Part shown: positions 20,356-30,332 of the stretch, one piece after another
Numbering within the stretch: the first letter of the stretch is position 1
Layout: the number at the start of each line of letters is the position of its first letter
Virus record (IMG/VR): IMGVR_UViG_3300000228_000002
Location: 32,001-96,000 of that record
Source of the DNA: a virus
Length of the DNA stretch: 64,000 nt
Reading direction: 5' to 3' (one strand)
Notes under the pieces: generated by a model
What the model was told of the DNA's origin: nothing
Databases searched by the model: none
Seen by the model: the letters and a program-made list of their open reading frames with translations, nothing else
Position numbers and translations under genes: made by a program

Positions 20356-21819
20356 TTACTCCTCGACGATGATTATGTTTTCCTTTTTTACATTCTTGCC
20401 GGGAATTATAATAGATCCAACTTCAGTTGAGTTATATGCAAGACCAGTGGTAACCAATTCTTCTAACTCTCCCATCTTGCTATCTTCACCGAGTTCGTGC
20501 TTGATTTTAGCTAGCCTTTGGTGATTGTCTGCCAGGTACTTTGACACTATCCAAGCCCTGCCTTCGAATTCGAGCATTCTTAGCTTGCCTTCAAATTTAT
20601 CTGCAACACTTTTGTCAGATGTCCAGAATGAGTCATGGTTTTCTTCATCATGCTCAGATTTGCGATACACCGTACCTTGGTAATCTTCCAACATCCCTTC
20701 TGTCAGAAACCCCGTGAAGTTATCTGCCACAGCATATAAAAATGCCAAGTCTTTCTCTGTCACTCCGTAGCCCAACCACTTTGGTGGCCAGTCCGTGCCC
20801 TCGGCAGTAGCTAGTCTATCCTCTGTAAGTATGAAACCTCCACCTCTGGGCTCCCACCCCAAATCCTTGAACAATTTTCTCGAAATGTTGGTGATTGGTA
20901 CTGCTAGAAGGAACTCGTAGTCTTTATTTTTCGCTTTTTCTACCAGCATGTTTACTAGAGTCTTACCAATTCCTTTCTGATGATATTCTGGATCTACAAC
21001 GATTGATATCTCACCACCACCAGACTCACATGCTATCATGCCAATTGGTTTCCTACCATCAAGTGCAATAAACTCGTAATTCTGGTCGAACATTTCCATG
21101 TAGCTCTGTTCGATCAGGCTATCAAGATCATTAAGAATGTCCTCATCCCCTCTTTTCAGAGTTGATGCATCTTTGTAAGTTATCGTACTAGAAGCCACTA
21201 GATACCGATCAAAGTAGTCTTCCGGAGCTTCATCCATCATTTGTTCAAAGAGCTTAAGGTCCCGTTCGTCCTTCTTAGAAAGAAGTTCTATGATTCTTTC
21301 GTCCACCTCTTCAGGTTGATAATCTCTTTGAGCATCACGTGATCGATACTGATTCTCTTTAATCTCTAAGGCTTGCTTGAGATTTAACTTGCTCCCACCT
21401 TTAGATCCACTCTCCGATAATTCCTCTTTTGGTCGTCCAACTATAGCCCAAGCATCGTAAATGTTGTTCTCCAGGAGGCCAGAGGTTCTATGTGTTCCAT
21501 CCCAAACGTACCCCTTACCATCCTTCTCTATGATTACCAATGGGTCGTTTTTCTGGCTAAGTTCGTCGAGTGGGTACTCTTCCATGAAATACATGAGTCT
21601 TTCGTCGGCATCTTCTTCACCGAATTGACTAAGCCACGATTTGTATTCTGATTCAAGAAACTTGCGAAGATCCACTTTAAGATTTGGCAGGTCGTATTTT
21701 TCAAATGTGAAATCGTACTTGTCCACGTCTGCAGAGCTCTCATCAGTGGTCCATTGAGATTCGTATTCTCTGGCAATCTCTCTCATTTCATCTGAATTGT
21801 ATTGTGCTACTGACTTCAT
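20356..21819 (-). CDS. Multidomain acidic protein: ParB/Srx-like + GNAT acetyltransferase + ART-like C-terminus
   Basis: DPLVII...VWDGTHR (ParB-N), IVVDPEYHQKGIGKTL (GNAT motif A) and TVYRK...SFWTSDKSVADKF (ART-like R/S motifs). Confidence 0.65.
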   Translation of the reverse strand: MKSVAQYNSDEMREIAREYESQWTTDESSADVDKYDFTFEKYDLPNLKVDLRKFLESEYKSWLSQFGEEDADERLMYFMEEYPLDELSQKNDPLVIIEKDGKGYVWDGTHRTSGLLENNIYDAWAIVGRPKEELSESGSKGGSKLNLKQALEIKENQYRSRDAQRDYQPEEVDERIIELLSKKDERDLKLFEQMMDEAPEDYFDRYLVASSTITYKDASTLKRGDEDILNDLDSLIEQSYMEMFDQNYEFIALDGRKPIGMIACESGGGEISIVVDPEYHQKGIGKTLVNMLVEKAKNKDYEFLLAVPITNISRKLFKDLGWEPRGGGFILTEDRLATAEGTDWPPKWLGYGVTEKDLAFLYAVADNFTGFLTEGMLEDYQGTVYRKSEHDEENHDSFWTSDKSVADKFEGKLRMLEFEGRAWIVSKYLADNHQRLAKIKHELGEDSKMGELEELVTTGLAYNSTEVGSIIIPGKNVKKENIIIVEE

Positions 21820-21863
21820 CCCTAAACTCCCGTATTTACCAGAAAATTAATGGCAAATACGAA

Positions 21864-21899
21864 TTCGCCCCGTGAGAGGTTTAATTCCTACGGGGCGAA
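21864..21899. terminator. GC-rich hairpin, likely terminator of the 21927..22796 gene
   Basis: TTCGCCCCGT ... ACGGGGCGAA inverted repeat. Confidence 0.6.
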
Positions 21900-21926
21900 C
21901 TCTATCTTATAGTAAATGTATATATC

Positions 21927-22796
21927 TTATTTACCAGAAGCCATTTTTGCAATCATATCTGGGATCTTACTTCCCTGGTTTTGAACTGATGCTGCTTTAG
22001 CCATGCCACGGGCAAGTTCTGCCTGTTCTTCTGCTGATTCAGGATCGTCATCACCAAGATCGAAAGCCTCTTCTTTCTTAGTCTTTCTGCTAGCAAGAGA
22101 ACGAGCTAGTGCACTTGGTTTAGCAGTTACAGTAGCCGCTTTCTTACCTAAGTCACCTGATCTGTCGAAAAGCTTAGCCTCAACCCATTTCTGAGTATCG
22201 CCATCTTTCACCATACGCTTGATGAAGTGAAGATCAACTTCTGTGAATCCTTCACCATGACGCTTACACTCAGCAAGGAATTGCTTAGCAGTAGTTACAC
22301 CAGCATCAAGCTCATCGACTTTAGCTCTTACACGTGGAGAAATAGACTCAGAAGTAACAGCCTCTTCGATGTCAGCAGTTAAAGCTGCTGCAGATGAGAA
22401 TGTCTTCTTAGTGGCAGTTTCAAGAGAAACACCACGTGCTGCTGCAGAGTGCTGAGAAAGAACGATAGCATCATATTCTTCTTTAGCTTCTTCCGACTTA
22501 AGGAATTCTTCTGCTTGGTCAGAGTCAACAAGAGAGACAATTCTCTTTCTCAGAAGATCTTTGAAATCTGGTGAAGAAAGAAGGATATCTTCAGGGATTG
22601 AGTCTGTGATACAGAGTGGGATGAAAGTATCAGGAACTTCAAAGTGACGCTTACGTGAACCGTCGATGAAGTTGATGATAATAGTACCACGTGTACCAGA
22701 ATCAAAGAGTGAAGTATTCAATACGAAGACTGGTCGTCTTGAACGTACCATCTCTGAAAGTTTACTTGGTTCGTAGGTTTTCCACTTAATGCTCAT
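21927..22796 (-). CDS. Hypothetical protein, probably late/virion
   Basis: 289 aa, strong GGAGG RBS, downstream hairpin. Confidence 0.65.
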   Translation of the reverse strand: MSIKWKTYEPSKLSEMVRSRRPVFVLNTSLFDSGTRGTIIINFIDGSRKRHFEVPDTFIPLCITDSIPEDILLSSPDFKDLLRKRIVSLVDSDQAEEFLKSEEAKEEYDAIVLSQHSAAARGVSLETATKKTFSSAAALTADIEEAVTSESISPRVRAKVDELDAGVTTAKQFLAECKRHGEGFTEVDLHFIKRMVKDGDTQKWVEAKLFDRSGDLGKKAATVTAKPSALARSLASRKTKKEEAFDLGDDDPESAEEQAELARGMAKAASVQNQGSKIPDMIAKMASGK

Positions 22797-22935
22797 TTGA
22801 CCCTCCTAGGGTTCTGTTGACTAGACTGTTTCTCTAGACTGTTGTATGGAGAGATTAATAGGGTTTGGGTGAGTTATATTTTAGGTATTTTCCGACAATA
22901 TTAATTCTTCTAAAGACCTAAAATCGGGGATCAAC

Positions 22936-23109
22936 ATGGTGAAAGTAGGATATTATTACAAAGGCCCGATGTACTTGTACATGGTGGAAGAAATCATCAC
23001 ATTCAAGACAGTAGAACCTACTGTTATTGCAAGAATAGTTGGACAGTCCTCACTCTGGGAAGTAAAAATGAGTGAATTTATGAGTAACACATACTATCAC
23101 AATCCGTAA
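22936..23109 (+). CDS. Small hypothetical protein (57 aa, not in the ORF track)
   Basis: GGGGA RBS; MVKVGYYYKGPMYLYMVEE... Confidence 0.5.
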   Translation: MVKVGYYYKGPMYLYMVEEIITFKTVEPTVIARIVGQSSLWEVKMSEFMSNTYYHNP

Positions 23110-23118
23110 GGAAAACAC

Positions 23119-23331
23119 ATGAGTTTCGAAGGTCGATATCAAAAAATTTGCGAGTATGGTCACTATACCGAAGAATGTGTCTACATGGAATCAGGAAAAT
23201 GTGAGATATGTGGTAGTAAGTGGATAAGAAAAAACCTCGTCGATGATACCAATGAACCTGGTGAAGGGTTTGATCATGGTATGAAAGACGAGGCTCGTAA
23301 GATTAAGAAAAAATCGGGTATCCTGACTTAA
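23119..23331 (+). CDS. Small zinc-ribbon protein
   Basis: CEYGH...CEICG; AAGGA RBS. Confidence 0.6.
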   Translation: MSFEGRYQKICEYGHYTEECVYMESGKCEICGSKWIRKNLVDDTNEPGEGFDHGMKDEARKIKKKSGILT

Positions 23332-23888
23332 GACTCGAAGTACTCTTCCACTTCTTTAAGAAGCTCTTCAGAAGTCACTTTGCCCTTGTACACCACCATA
23401 ATAGTCTCTTCCGAGTATACAACGGTAGAAATATGTGCTGTAGGATTTTTCTGTCCAAGTTCGAAAATCTTCTGCACTTCGTGATATTCAAGCTCTGAAC
23501 TAAGTGTTGCAGTGTAAAGGATCTCGAAGTCCGCAGAAGACTCAGATACATCGCCTCCCATATAAGAAACGATCTCATCAGCCACTTCATCCGTAAATTC
23601 TGGATTTTCGTATGCATGATAAGCTAGCAAATATGGTAAATCGCTCTTGTCTTTTGGATAATTTCCAACACCAGCTGGTCTTTCTGGCCCATAAGTGAAG
23701 AGTTTATGCTTGAGTGTAGATTCTTCCCAAGCAGCCCAGTCATCTTCGTCATCCTGACTTGGCTCTCCGATGTACATGAGGTCTTCTGCAAACTTGTTAT
23801 AGAAATGTTCGAAGGTTTTCCCGTCTAAAACACCTTCAGGTGCAAGGGTATCGTCTAGTAATTGTAGTAGGTCTTTGTCGTAGTCCAT
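23328..23888 (-). CDS. Acidic hypothetical protein
   Basis: 186-aa ORF containing the ESSAD motif. Confidence 0.65.
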   Translation of the reverse strand: MDYDKDLLQLLDDTLAPEGVLDGKTFEHFYNKFAEDLMYIGEPSQDDEDDWAAWEESTLKHKLFTYGPERPAGVGNYPKDKSDLPYLLAYHAYENPEFTDEVADEIVSYMGGDVSESSADFEILYTATLSSELEYHEVQKIFELGQKNPTAHISTVVYSEETIMVVYKGKVTSEELLKEVEEYFES

Positions 23889-23891
23889 TAT

Positions 23892-25235
23892 TTATTCCTT
23901 TTCAGCTTCTTCTAGTAATAATCTAAGTGCCCCACCTAATTCATGATCCTTCACGTCATCGGGTTTCCTGAATCTGGTGTAGAATCCCCTAAATACCGGA
24001 ACATTCGACGGAGCACACTTATCGCATAGCCAATAAGAAAGTTCATACATTTTTCGAAGAATCCAGTATTTCATTTCTTATTTGCCTTGTTGATGTCTTC
24101 GCAGTACGAGGTAAAGACAGATGCCAAATCGTTGAGCATTTTGGCTTCCAGTTCCATATCCTTCACTCTCTTCTGAATGTCGGATAAAGTTTTCTCCTGT
24201 TCCTCTTTAGTGTGAAAGGATACCTTAATTCTCTTTTGAGCTATTTTGGCTAGTTCTTTGGTATGATCATTCAACGTGGATTGAACACCCTCCAAACCAA
24301 TAGTAGCTTTTGATACCGGATCGAATCCCATAACTATTCCTTACCCTTTACTCTTTTCATTCTTTCTTCAAATTTTGCTTTGAATTCTGGTGTGTTAGCT
24401 GCATCTTTAAGTCTCTTATCCAGTTCTTCCACGTAGTTCTCGAACTCGTTGGCTCCTGCAATATGACCCAATTCTCGTTCAGCAATAGCCATTTTCTTGG
24501 CAGTTTTCTTTAATTGTGGTATTAGACTGGCAAAGACGCAAGCATCTCTTTCAGTGATTATCATTGTTGGGTCTTTCATGTTTCTCCTATTTAAGTGCTG
24601 TAAGATATTCGGCTAGTTTCAAATAGCTGTAAGCATGAACCATGTCTTCTGCCTTTGTGACTTGATCTTCAGTGACTATTTTTCTTACCTTCGTTTCAGA
24701 CCAGTCAACATTTAAGACTCTCTTTCTCCAACCGACCACAATGTGTCCGATTTCTGTGATAAATAGGTACCAAGGGGTTGAAACGTCGTATTTGGTAGGG
24801 CAATCACCCCAATATTGATTTACTAGTTCATAGACTTTGGTGTACTTTATGCCGCTGATCTTCATAGCAGATTCAATAGCTTCTCTTTCCTCTTTAACCA
24901 TCTTCTCTTTCTCATATCTGTCCATTTTTTTTCTCCTAGTTCATCCTGAAAGATGTTGATTTGTCGTAACCATCCCATATAGAATCAAGTACCATTACAT
25001 ATTCTTCGATCATCATACCAGCAGAAATCAGATCCGATTTGATAATAGCCATCTTGTCGATGAACTCCTGTCTACCCTGATGATCCATCGGTACAGTACA
25101 GTCTTCTATACTCCTCACCTTGTGCAGGATCCTGTTGAGTGCACTTTGAGTACCCTCAACTCCGACCATTGCCTTGATTCTCTCTTTTCTTCTTAGGCTC
25201 TCTATTTCAGCACCTACAATTGTCTCAGATAGCAT
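23892..25235 (-). CDS. Run of five small hypothetical genes (23892-24074, 24071-24331, 24334-24579, 24587-24925, 24936-25235)
   Basis: Tightly packed co-oriented ORFs with GGAG/AAGG RBSs, downstream of a sigma70 promoter. Confidence 0.6.
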
Positions 25236-25239
25236 AAAA

Positions 25240-26118
25240 TTACCCTTTACTCCAAATGTCCATCATAGTTTTGTACTTCAGAATTTCCTGGACTGACATC
25301 GTAGACAGTTTATTGGCTATGTCCTGGATGAGTGCTTCTTTTGAATCTTTATTCACAGTGAGCGACATCCTTTCGATTGCACGTACCATAGTCTGAACCT
25401 GGACACCGATAGAACCGGTGAAGTTCTGTAGATTCTTATTGATGTCCTCTTTGAACTCTTCGAACTCTTTTCTTATGTCTTCTTTGATTTCTTCTTTAAT
25501 GACTGGTGCCACTATTTCAGAAGTCTTGGTAGTTTTCCATTCATTCGGTAGAGCATGTCCCGCTTTAGACGATAGGTACAGATATTGAGACTCTGATAGA
25601 CCCAACACCCTCCACATACCACGCGATCCTTCACCCCTAACTTTATCTATAATAAGCTTTGATCCAAGCTTGGAATAGACTGCATTGGCATAGGCATCAG
25701 TAAGAGAAGGTACGTACTTGCGCATTTTCTCAGTAACGTCAGCCGATCTGAGCTTGCTCCCAATAGGGTAGAAGTGCATGATAAAGTATATGACCTGGTC
25801 TTCCATTGAGCTATAAGCATTGAGCTTTTCCCTCAGTGGCTTAACGAAGGCTTCTTCAAACTTCTCTTTTATTTCGGATGTTGAGTCGGATCTAGTTTCC
25901 AACCATGGTAGACCTTTGGCTTTGTAAACATCAATGATCTTGTTTCTGAATGGGTGACTGATTTGACTTGTGCAGATCAGAGCTCCGTTTGTGACTGGAA
26001 CTTCTCTGTTGGCCTCGGCATCTGGACGATGTGTGACCTTGAACCCGTAACTTAGAACAAAACGTGTGAACTGGTTGTCTGGCATATGCATACCAGCAAC
26101 GAGAATTTCATTAGTCAT
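25240..26118 (-). CDS. DUF2325-like N-terminal domain + putative winged-helix protein
   Basis: ALICTSQISH...KAKGLPW pattern and a central helix-helix-wing segment. Confidence 0.45.
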   Translation of the reverse strand: MTNEILVAGMHMPDNQFTRFVLSYGFKVTHRPDAEANREVPVTNGALICTSQISHPFRNKIIDVYKAKGLPWLETRSDSTSEIKEKFEEAFVKPLREKLNAYSSMEDQVIYFIMHFYPIGSKLRSADVTEKMRKYVPSLTDAYANAVYSKLGSKLIIDKVRGEGSRGMWRVLGLSESQYLYLSSKAGHALPNEWKTTKTSEIVAPVIKEEIKEDIRKEFEEFKEDINKNLQNFTGSIGVQVQTMVRAIERMSLTVNKDSKEALIQDIANKLSTMSVQEILKYKTMMDIWSKG

Positions 26119-26149
26119 ATGACTCCTTATTTGCTATTTGAGTGGAGGC

Positions 26150-26217
26150 ACTTTACCACAACTAGGGGTTACTAGTCAATACTAGTCTTGCAAGAATGTG
26201 GTGGTTTGTGGTACAAT
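26150..26217. promoter_or_regulatory. Back-to-back sigma70-type early promoters
   Basis: Minus strand: TTGACT(26179-26174)-18-TAAAGT with TG. Plus strand: TTGCAA(26188)-18-TACAAT(26212) with TG. Confidence 0.65.
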
Positions 26218-26236
26218 GCATGAAAGGAGGTAAACC

Positions 26237-26326
26237 ATGAAAGATAAAGACACTTTTTTCTCGCAGACCAATTGCGATCGATGTGGGGAGCCTCTGAGTT
26301 CCAGACAAAGGTATAAATACTTCTGA
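26237..26326 (+). pseudogene. Truncated zinc-finger gene remnant
   Basis: Perfect AAGGAGGT RBS; MKDKDTFFSQTNCDRCG..R stops after 29 aa, before a second Cys pair. Confidence 0.45.
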
Positions 26327-26368
26327 TTAAGGTTGTGGCTACATGCCTAAACGTGATAGCTAGGTCCC

Positions 26369-26563
26369 ATGAAGTATGTTTTCTTGGCTTCCCTTTGCCT
26401 CTCCTGTGGCAGAGAACAGACTGACCCCAAGGTAACAGAGACTCAGAGCCAAAGGCTCGTGGAGTATCAGAAAACCATTTCTGAGGTATGCAAAGATCAG
26501 GAATACCCTCAGACTATCAAGTTGGATGGTAAGGAATACCCCTGTGGGCATCCCGAGGAATAG
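26369..26563 (+). CDS. Small putative lipoprotein
   Basis: MKYVFLASLCLS-C signal/lipobox-like N-terminus. Confidence 0.5.
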   Translation: MKYVFLASLCLSCGREQTDPKVTETQSQRLVEYQKTISEVCKDQEYPQTIKLDGKEYPCGHPEE

Positions 26564-26566
26564 GTA

Positions 26567-26596
26567 TTGTGAAAATGTGGCTCCCCTTGGTATAAT
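26567..26596 (+). promoter_or_regulatory. Sigma70-type promoter
   Basis: TTGTGA-18-TATAAT with an extended TG. Confidence 0.55.
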
Positions 26597-26747
26597 GTCT
26601 TATAACCAAGGGGACATTGAGCGTGACATTGGTAAATCTCTTCGCCTTAAGCAGGTGAATAAAGTGAAGATGCCTAAGTTCCTTGATGAATACGTTAACA
26701 TCAAGACAGTAGCATAACAATATTATTTCGAAAACAGAGAGGACTAA

Positions 26748-27038
26748 ATGAGTGAGATTAAAATTGAATCAATTGAAAATGATATTGAGATTCTTAATTA
26801 TTATGATCTCACCAGTGAAGAACAAAATGAGATCAAAGATAACTATGAGACTGTATCAGAGAGTAGTTTCTTCAGATATCGTGGCGGTCTTTACGACTTA
26901 AATGACTTTATGAAACTTGATAAACACTCTGAATTTATCGGCTGGAATGCCTACCATTCAGACAGTTTTTTTAGTGGTGTAATAATTAAACTTAATAATA
27001 GTGGTGAGACGTTAAACGCTGCTATGTACTTTAGTTAG
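26748..27038 (+). CDS. Hypothetical phage protein
   Basis: GAGAGGA RBS; FFRYRG.LYDL.DFM...W.AY.SDSFFSG. Confidence 0.65.
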   Translation: MSEIKIESIENDIEILNYYDLTSEEQNEIKDNYETVSESSFFRYRGGLYDLNDFMKLDKHSEFIGWNAYHSDSFFSGVIIKLNNSGETLNAAMYFS

Positions 27039-27173
27039 GAGAGGACTAAAAATGGTTGTTCCATATATCGATCTACCAAGCTTCTTACTAGCGTCCCTTA
27101 AGGCAGTAGAAAGAGTGGTATTTTTTGTTCATTCAGATATAGTGAGGACAAGAGATTCGTATGGTAACGATCT

Positions 27174-28109
27174 CTAGTTCTTACTAGCCAACATTCCCAA
27201 ATAGGATTCAGTCACACTAGGGTATCTCAGTGATACCAGGTGCAAAAACCTCTGCTTCTGAGTGATCAGGAATATCAGTGAATTGGCTCTGTTAACTAGC
27301 ATATCCTGGTAGTTCTCTTTATTGAAGTAACCACCAAGAACAGTTGGATTATCACAGATTTGATCACATAGCATCCTGAGATAAGACTCATCAGTATTGA
27401 GAAGTTCCCAAGGGTTGGCAGTGCTTCCCTCTTTCGGATTGAAATACTCATGTATGATCGTTTGAGCGTTGGTGATGTTAACTGCCAGCTGCTGAATTGC
27501 TTGCGGATTCACCAGTCCAACCGATACTGCTTTAACAATATCTCTGGCATGCCCACCAGACGATAGGTATACTGAGATCATCATTTCTTCTGTGATTTCA
27601 GGATTCAAGAATTTCATCAGTGCAAAGGCTTCTGTCTCGGATAGAGTACGAACCTCAAGGGCTGTACATCTTGATCTGATGGTAGGGATAAGCTTCTGAA
27701 CATCAGTGGTACAGAAAATGAAGTAAATCCCTTCTTTCGGCTCCTCGATCACTTTAAGCAGACCCTCCTGGGCTTGCTTAGTCATTGAATGGAACTCATC
27801 GAGAATATAAACCTTGGCTGTACCAAAGCCTGCAAATAGTGTATCGTCTGCAATGGCTCGAACATCGTCGATACCATTGGTGTTAGCAGCATTGATTTCG
27901 TGAATGTCAGATGGGTTGCTGGCTAGAACGTTAGCAAGCATTCTGGCAAAAGTCGTCTTAGTACAACCATATGGACCATGAAATAGGAGTGCTTTAGGAA
28001 TATCAGTAGGATTGGACAACCATTTGTTGATAATTGGCTTCAGGTGTTCCTGGCCAAAAACCTCTGATAATTTCGATGGTCTAAATTCCTTACTCATCTG
28101 TAGCCCCAA
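27174..28109 (-). CDS. dnaX: Clamp-loader ATPase, DNA Pol III gamma/tau-like
   Basis: FRPSKLSEVFGQ, GPYGCTKTT, EINAA..GIDDVR, ILDEFH, LLKVIEEP, TIRSRC. Confidence 0.9.
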   Translation of the reverse strand: MGLQMSKEFRPSKLSEVFGQEHLKPIINKWLSNPTDIPKALLFHGPYGCTKTTFARMLANVLASNPSDIHEINAANTNGIDDVRAIADDTLFAGFGTAKVYILDEFHSMTKQAQEGLLKVIEEPKEGIYFIFCTTDVQKLIPTIRSRCTALEVRTLSETEAFALMKFLNPEITEEMMISVYLSSGGHARDIVKAVSVGLVNPQAIQQLAVNITNAQTIIHEYFNPKEGSTANPWELLNTDESYLRMLCDQICDNPTVLGGYFNKENYQDMLVNRANSLIFLITQKQRFLHLVSLRYPSVTESYLGMLASKN

Positions 28110-28650
28110 CCTTTTTTAACTTATCAACGTTCGGATACCCATCGCCGGTCCATAACCAATCGGCAAAATGAACTCTATCAACATTGTAGTGATTTTGGAA
28201 ATTCTTCTTGAAGTCTTCCATGTCGGAATAAACTCTGGCAAATTTACCATCTGCTTGTTGGCTCTTTCTACCATTATAAACATGCTCATTATTGGCTTTA
28301 TTGATCTGGCCCTTGGTGTAGAAACCAAGCTTTTCTGCAATGATGTATGTTATCCTTGGAACAGCCAATCTAGTTTCAACTTCATGTGCAACACCGGCTG
28401 AGAAAACATTCTTGGAAATGTAGAAAACTGCCAAGTCAGCGTTTAATAAGGCAAAATCGTTGACTCTCATCAAGTAATTGATTCCGACTTCGTTGTTCCC
28501 AATATTCTTAGCGTTTGTCCATGCTTTATCTGGTCTGAATATCAGAGATTCCTTGAATGAATCGGATTCTTCAAAGATTCTTGTCATTTCATCGAAAGCA
28601 TTAAGACTGGATGCCAGGTCAATTGCTGCACCTAAATATACTGAACTCAT
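28090..28650 (-). CDS. Nucleoside 2-deoxyribosyltransferase-like protein
   Basis: VYLGAAID...D..LLNAD...SAGVAHE pattern. Confidence 0.65.
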   Translation of the reverse strand: MSSVYLGAAIDLASSLNAFDEMTRIFEESDSFKESLIFRPDKAWTNAKNIGNNEVGINYLMRVNDFALLNADLAVFYISKNVFSAGVAHEVETRLAVPRITYIIAEKLGFYTKGQINKANNEHVYNGRKSQQADGKFARVYSDMEDFKKNFQNHYNVDRVHFADWLWTGDGYPNVDKLKKVGATDE

Positions 28651-28674
28651 GTAAACCTTCTTGTAGATTGTGTT

Positions 28675-29031
28675 TTACAGAGTGATGGCTCTGAAGTTGT
28701 CTTCGTATCTTTGCTTCAATTGGTCGAATTGCTCTTTCTTTTGTTTATACATTGGTTCGAAGTCGAACTTCACTTCATATTCTTTACCAAGCGGATGGCT
28801 CACACCGGATCCACTTTTCTTCGCAATCTTCAAATCTTCAAATACTGCATTTCCATCTTTATCTACACGTGTCCAAAATGCATTACCGCCTTGCCACCAT
28901 AGTTTATCACCAATTTGAATGTTGTGTTCTGGGTCTACATAAATAGCACAGTAATCTCTAACGTCCAGGGTGTTCACCCATTTGAGATCACCACGATCAT
29001 AGACTTGTACTACTTTACCACCCACGCTCAT
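28675..29031 (-). CDS. Hypothetical protein
   Basis: AAGGAG RBS, 118 aa. Confidence 0.65.
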   Translation of the reverse strand: MSVGGKVVQVYDRGDLKWVNTLDVRDYCAIYVDPEHNIQIGDKLWWQGGNAFWTRVDKDGNAVFEDLKIAKKSGSGVSHPLGKEYEVKFDFEPMYKQKKEQFDQLKQRYEDNFRAITL

Positions 29032-29045
29032 ACATACTCCTTAAT

Positions 29046-29142
29046 TGGCGGTAGGAGGATCCAAACCTTCAAGTCAAAGTTCACGACGACGTGCTTCAAC
29101 AGGTTGATCAACACCCGCATTTATCAATTTCGCCATCCCACC
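29046..29142 (-). tRNA. Degenerate tRNA-like gene (type II, Leu/Ser-like)
   Basis: Acceptor GGTGGGA/TCCTACC + G-CCA and a Leu-like D arm (TGGCGAAATTGATAAATGC). The anticodon loop is expanded and the T arm is damaged. Confidence 0.5.
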
Positions 29143-29162
29143 ATTTCGGACATGTTTTATAA

Positions 29163-30023
29163 TTAAAAAGGATTGCAGTAATTAGGAAGTTGATTATTGA
29201 CTACGAAGTAATCGGTAACCCAATCTGGTTTACCAACATCCTTGTACTCTAGTGTGATCTCTCCGTTCATAGGGAGATTGGTAGTCTGCAGGAATTCCAT
29301 CTTCTTCGACTCACGAATTTCTTTTGCCCACACTTTATCATCTGGATTCCAATAGAACTTCTCTTTCTTGGCTATGCTCTTAATCTCCTCAAATCTTTGT
29401 TTCCGTTCGAAAAAATTCGGTTCTTTATTAGTAGGGAAAGGCCAGCTTGCTCTGATCTCGATACTGTTAGAATGACAGATGGTTAGTGCTTTGTACAGAT
29501 CGTAGTTCGAGGCCACTTTGAGCATGCTCATTACATCCGTCACTGCTCTGTGTGGGAAAGGGTTGATGAAACCGTGTGAATGTTCAAGTGATGCCAGTGC
29601 TTTTGATTTCATCTTTCTCGGATATTCAATATCCCAACATGAATCAACCCACACCTTGGGTTGGAAATATACACCATATCGGGCATAACACATCTTGAGC
29701 ATTTGATAATCATAATCTGTACCGTTGTGGGCCATGATGACATCAGCACTATTGATGAGCTCCGATAAGGTAGTAAGTTCTTTAGCTATTAGCTTCGAAC
29801 CCCACTTTGCTAACAGTTCATCTGTGATACCATTGATCTCAACTACTTCTTCATGGATTGGTAATCGACCTGGTTCATCAATGAGTTCTGAGTAGATTTT
29901 AACTGGAATACTTTCATCCCAATCCCATAGAACTGCACCAATTTCGGTGATTCTATCTTCAGGTTGAGGTCCCTTTGTGATGTCTACATTCATTCCCTCA
30001 AGATCCAAACCTAAAACGATCAT
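29163..30023 (-). CDS. DEDDh 3'-5' exonuclease, DnaQ/epsilon-like
   Basis: LDLEG, AHNG..YD, HRAVTD. Confidence 0.88.
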   Translation of the reverse strand: MIVLGLDLEGMNVDITKGPQPEDRITEIGAVLWDWDESIPVKIYSELIDEPGRLPIHEEVVEINGITDELLAKWGSKLIAKELTTLSELINSADVIMAHNGTDYDYQMLKMCYARYGVYFQPKVWVDSCWDIEYPRKMKSKALASLEHSHGFINPFPHRAVTDVMSMLKVASNYDLYKALTICHSNSIEIRASWPFPTNKEPNFFERKQRFEEIKSIAKKEKFYWNPDDKVWAKEIRESKKMEFLQTTNLPMNGEITLEYKDVGKPDWVTDYFVVNNQLPNYCNPF

Positions 30024-30062
30024 CTAATTCTCCCAAATGTGTTGGGAAATTTTTAGCATCAG

Positions 30063-30316
30063 CTACTTTTGCTTTCTGTTGATTGTTTTCAAGTACGGGT
30101 CTCTGTTTTCCTTGTACTCGGCTATCTCAGGGTTCCCGAAGTAAATAATTGCCAGCCACTCTTTCTTACTGGCTTTAGGCGATGGAAATGCTGATAATCT
30201 TAACGTGGTTATCACTTTGTGGCCATTAGTTCCACAGGTGCCGGATCCTTGCCAGTTTTCAAGCAATGGAGGCATATCCACTTGTAGTGACAAGGTTTGT
30301 TTATATACTTTCTCAT
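30063..30316 (-). pseudogene. Small Cys-rich gene with an apparent 1-nt frameshift
   Basis: MRKYINKPCHYKWICLHCLKTGK joins GSGTCGTNGH...PSPKASKKEW if one G is restored near 30247. Confidence 0.5.
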
Positions 30317-30332
30317 GACCACTTTTACAAAA

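Noticed and set aside
22821-22843. CTAGACTGTT direct repeat in the leader of the 21927..22796 gene
   Set aside because: There are only two copies and I did not see it elsewhere, so it cannot be distinguished from a chance local duplication.
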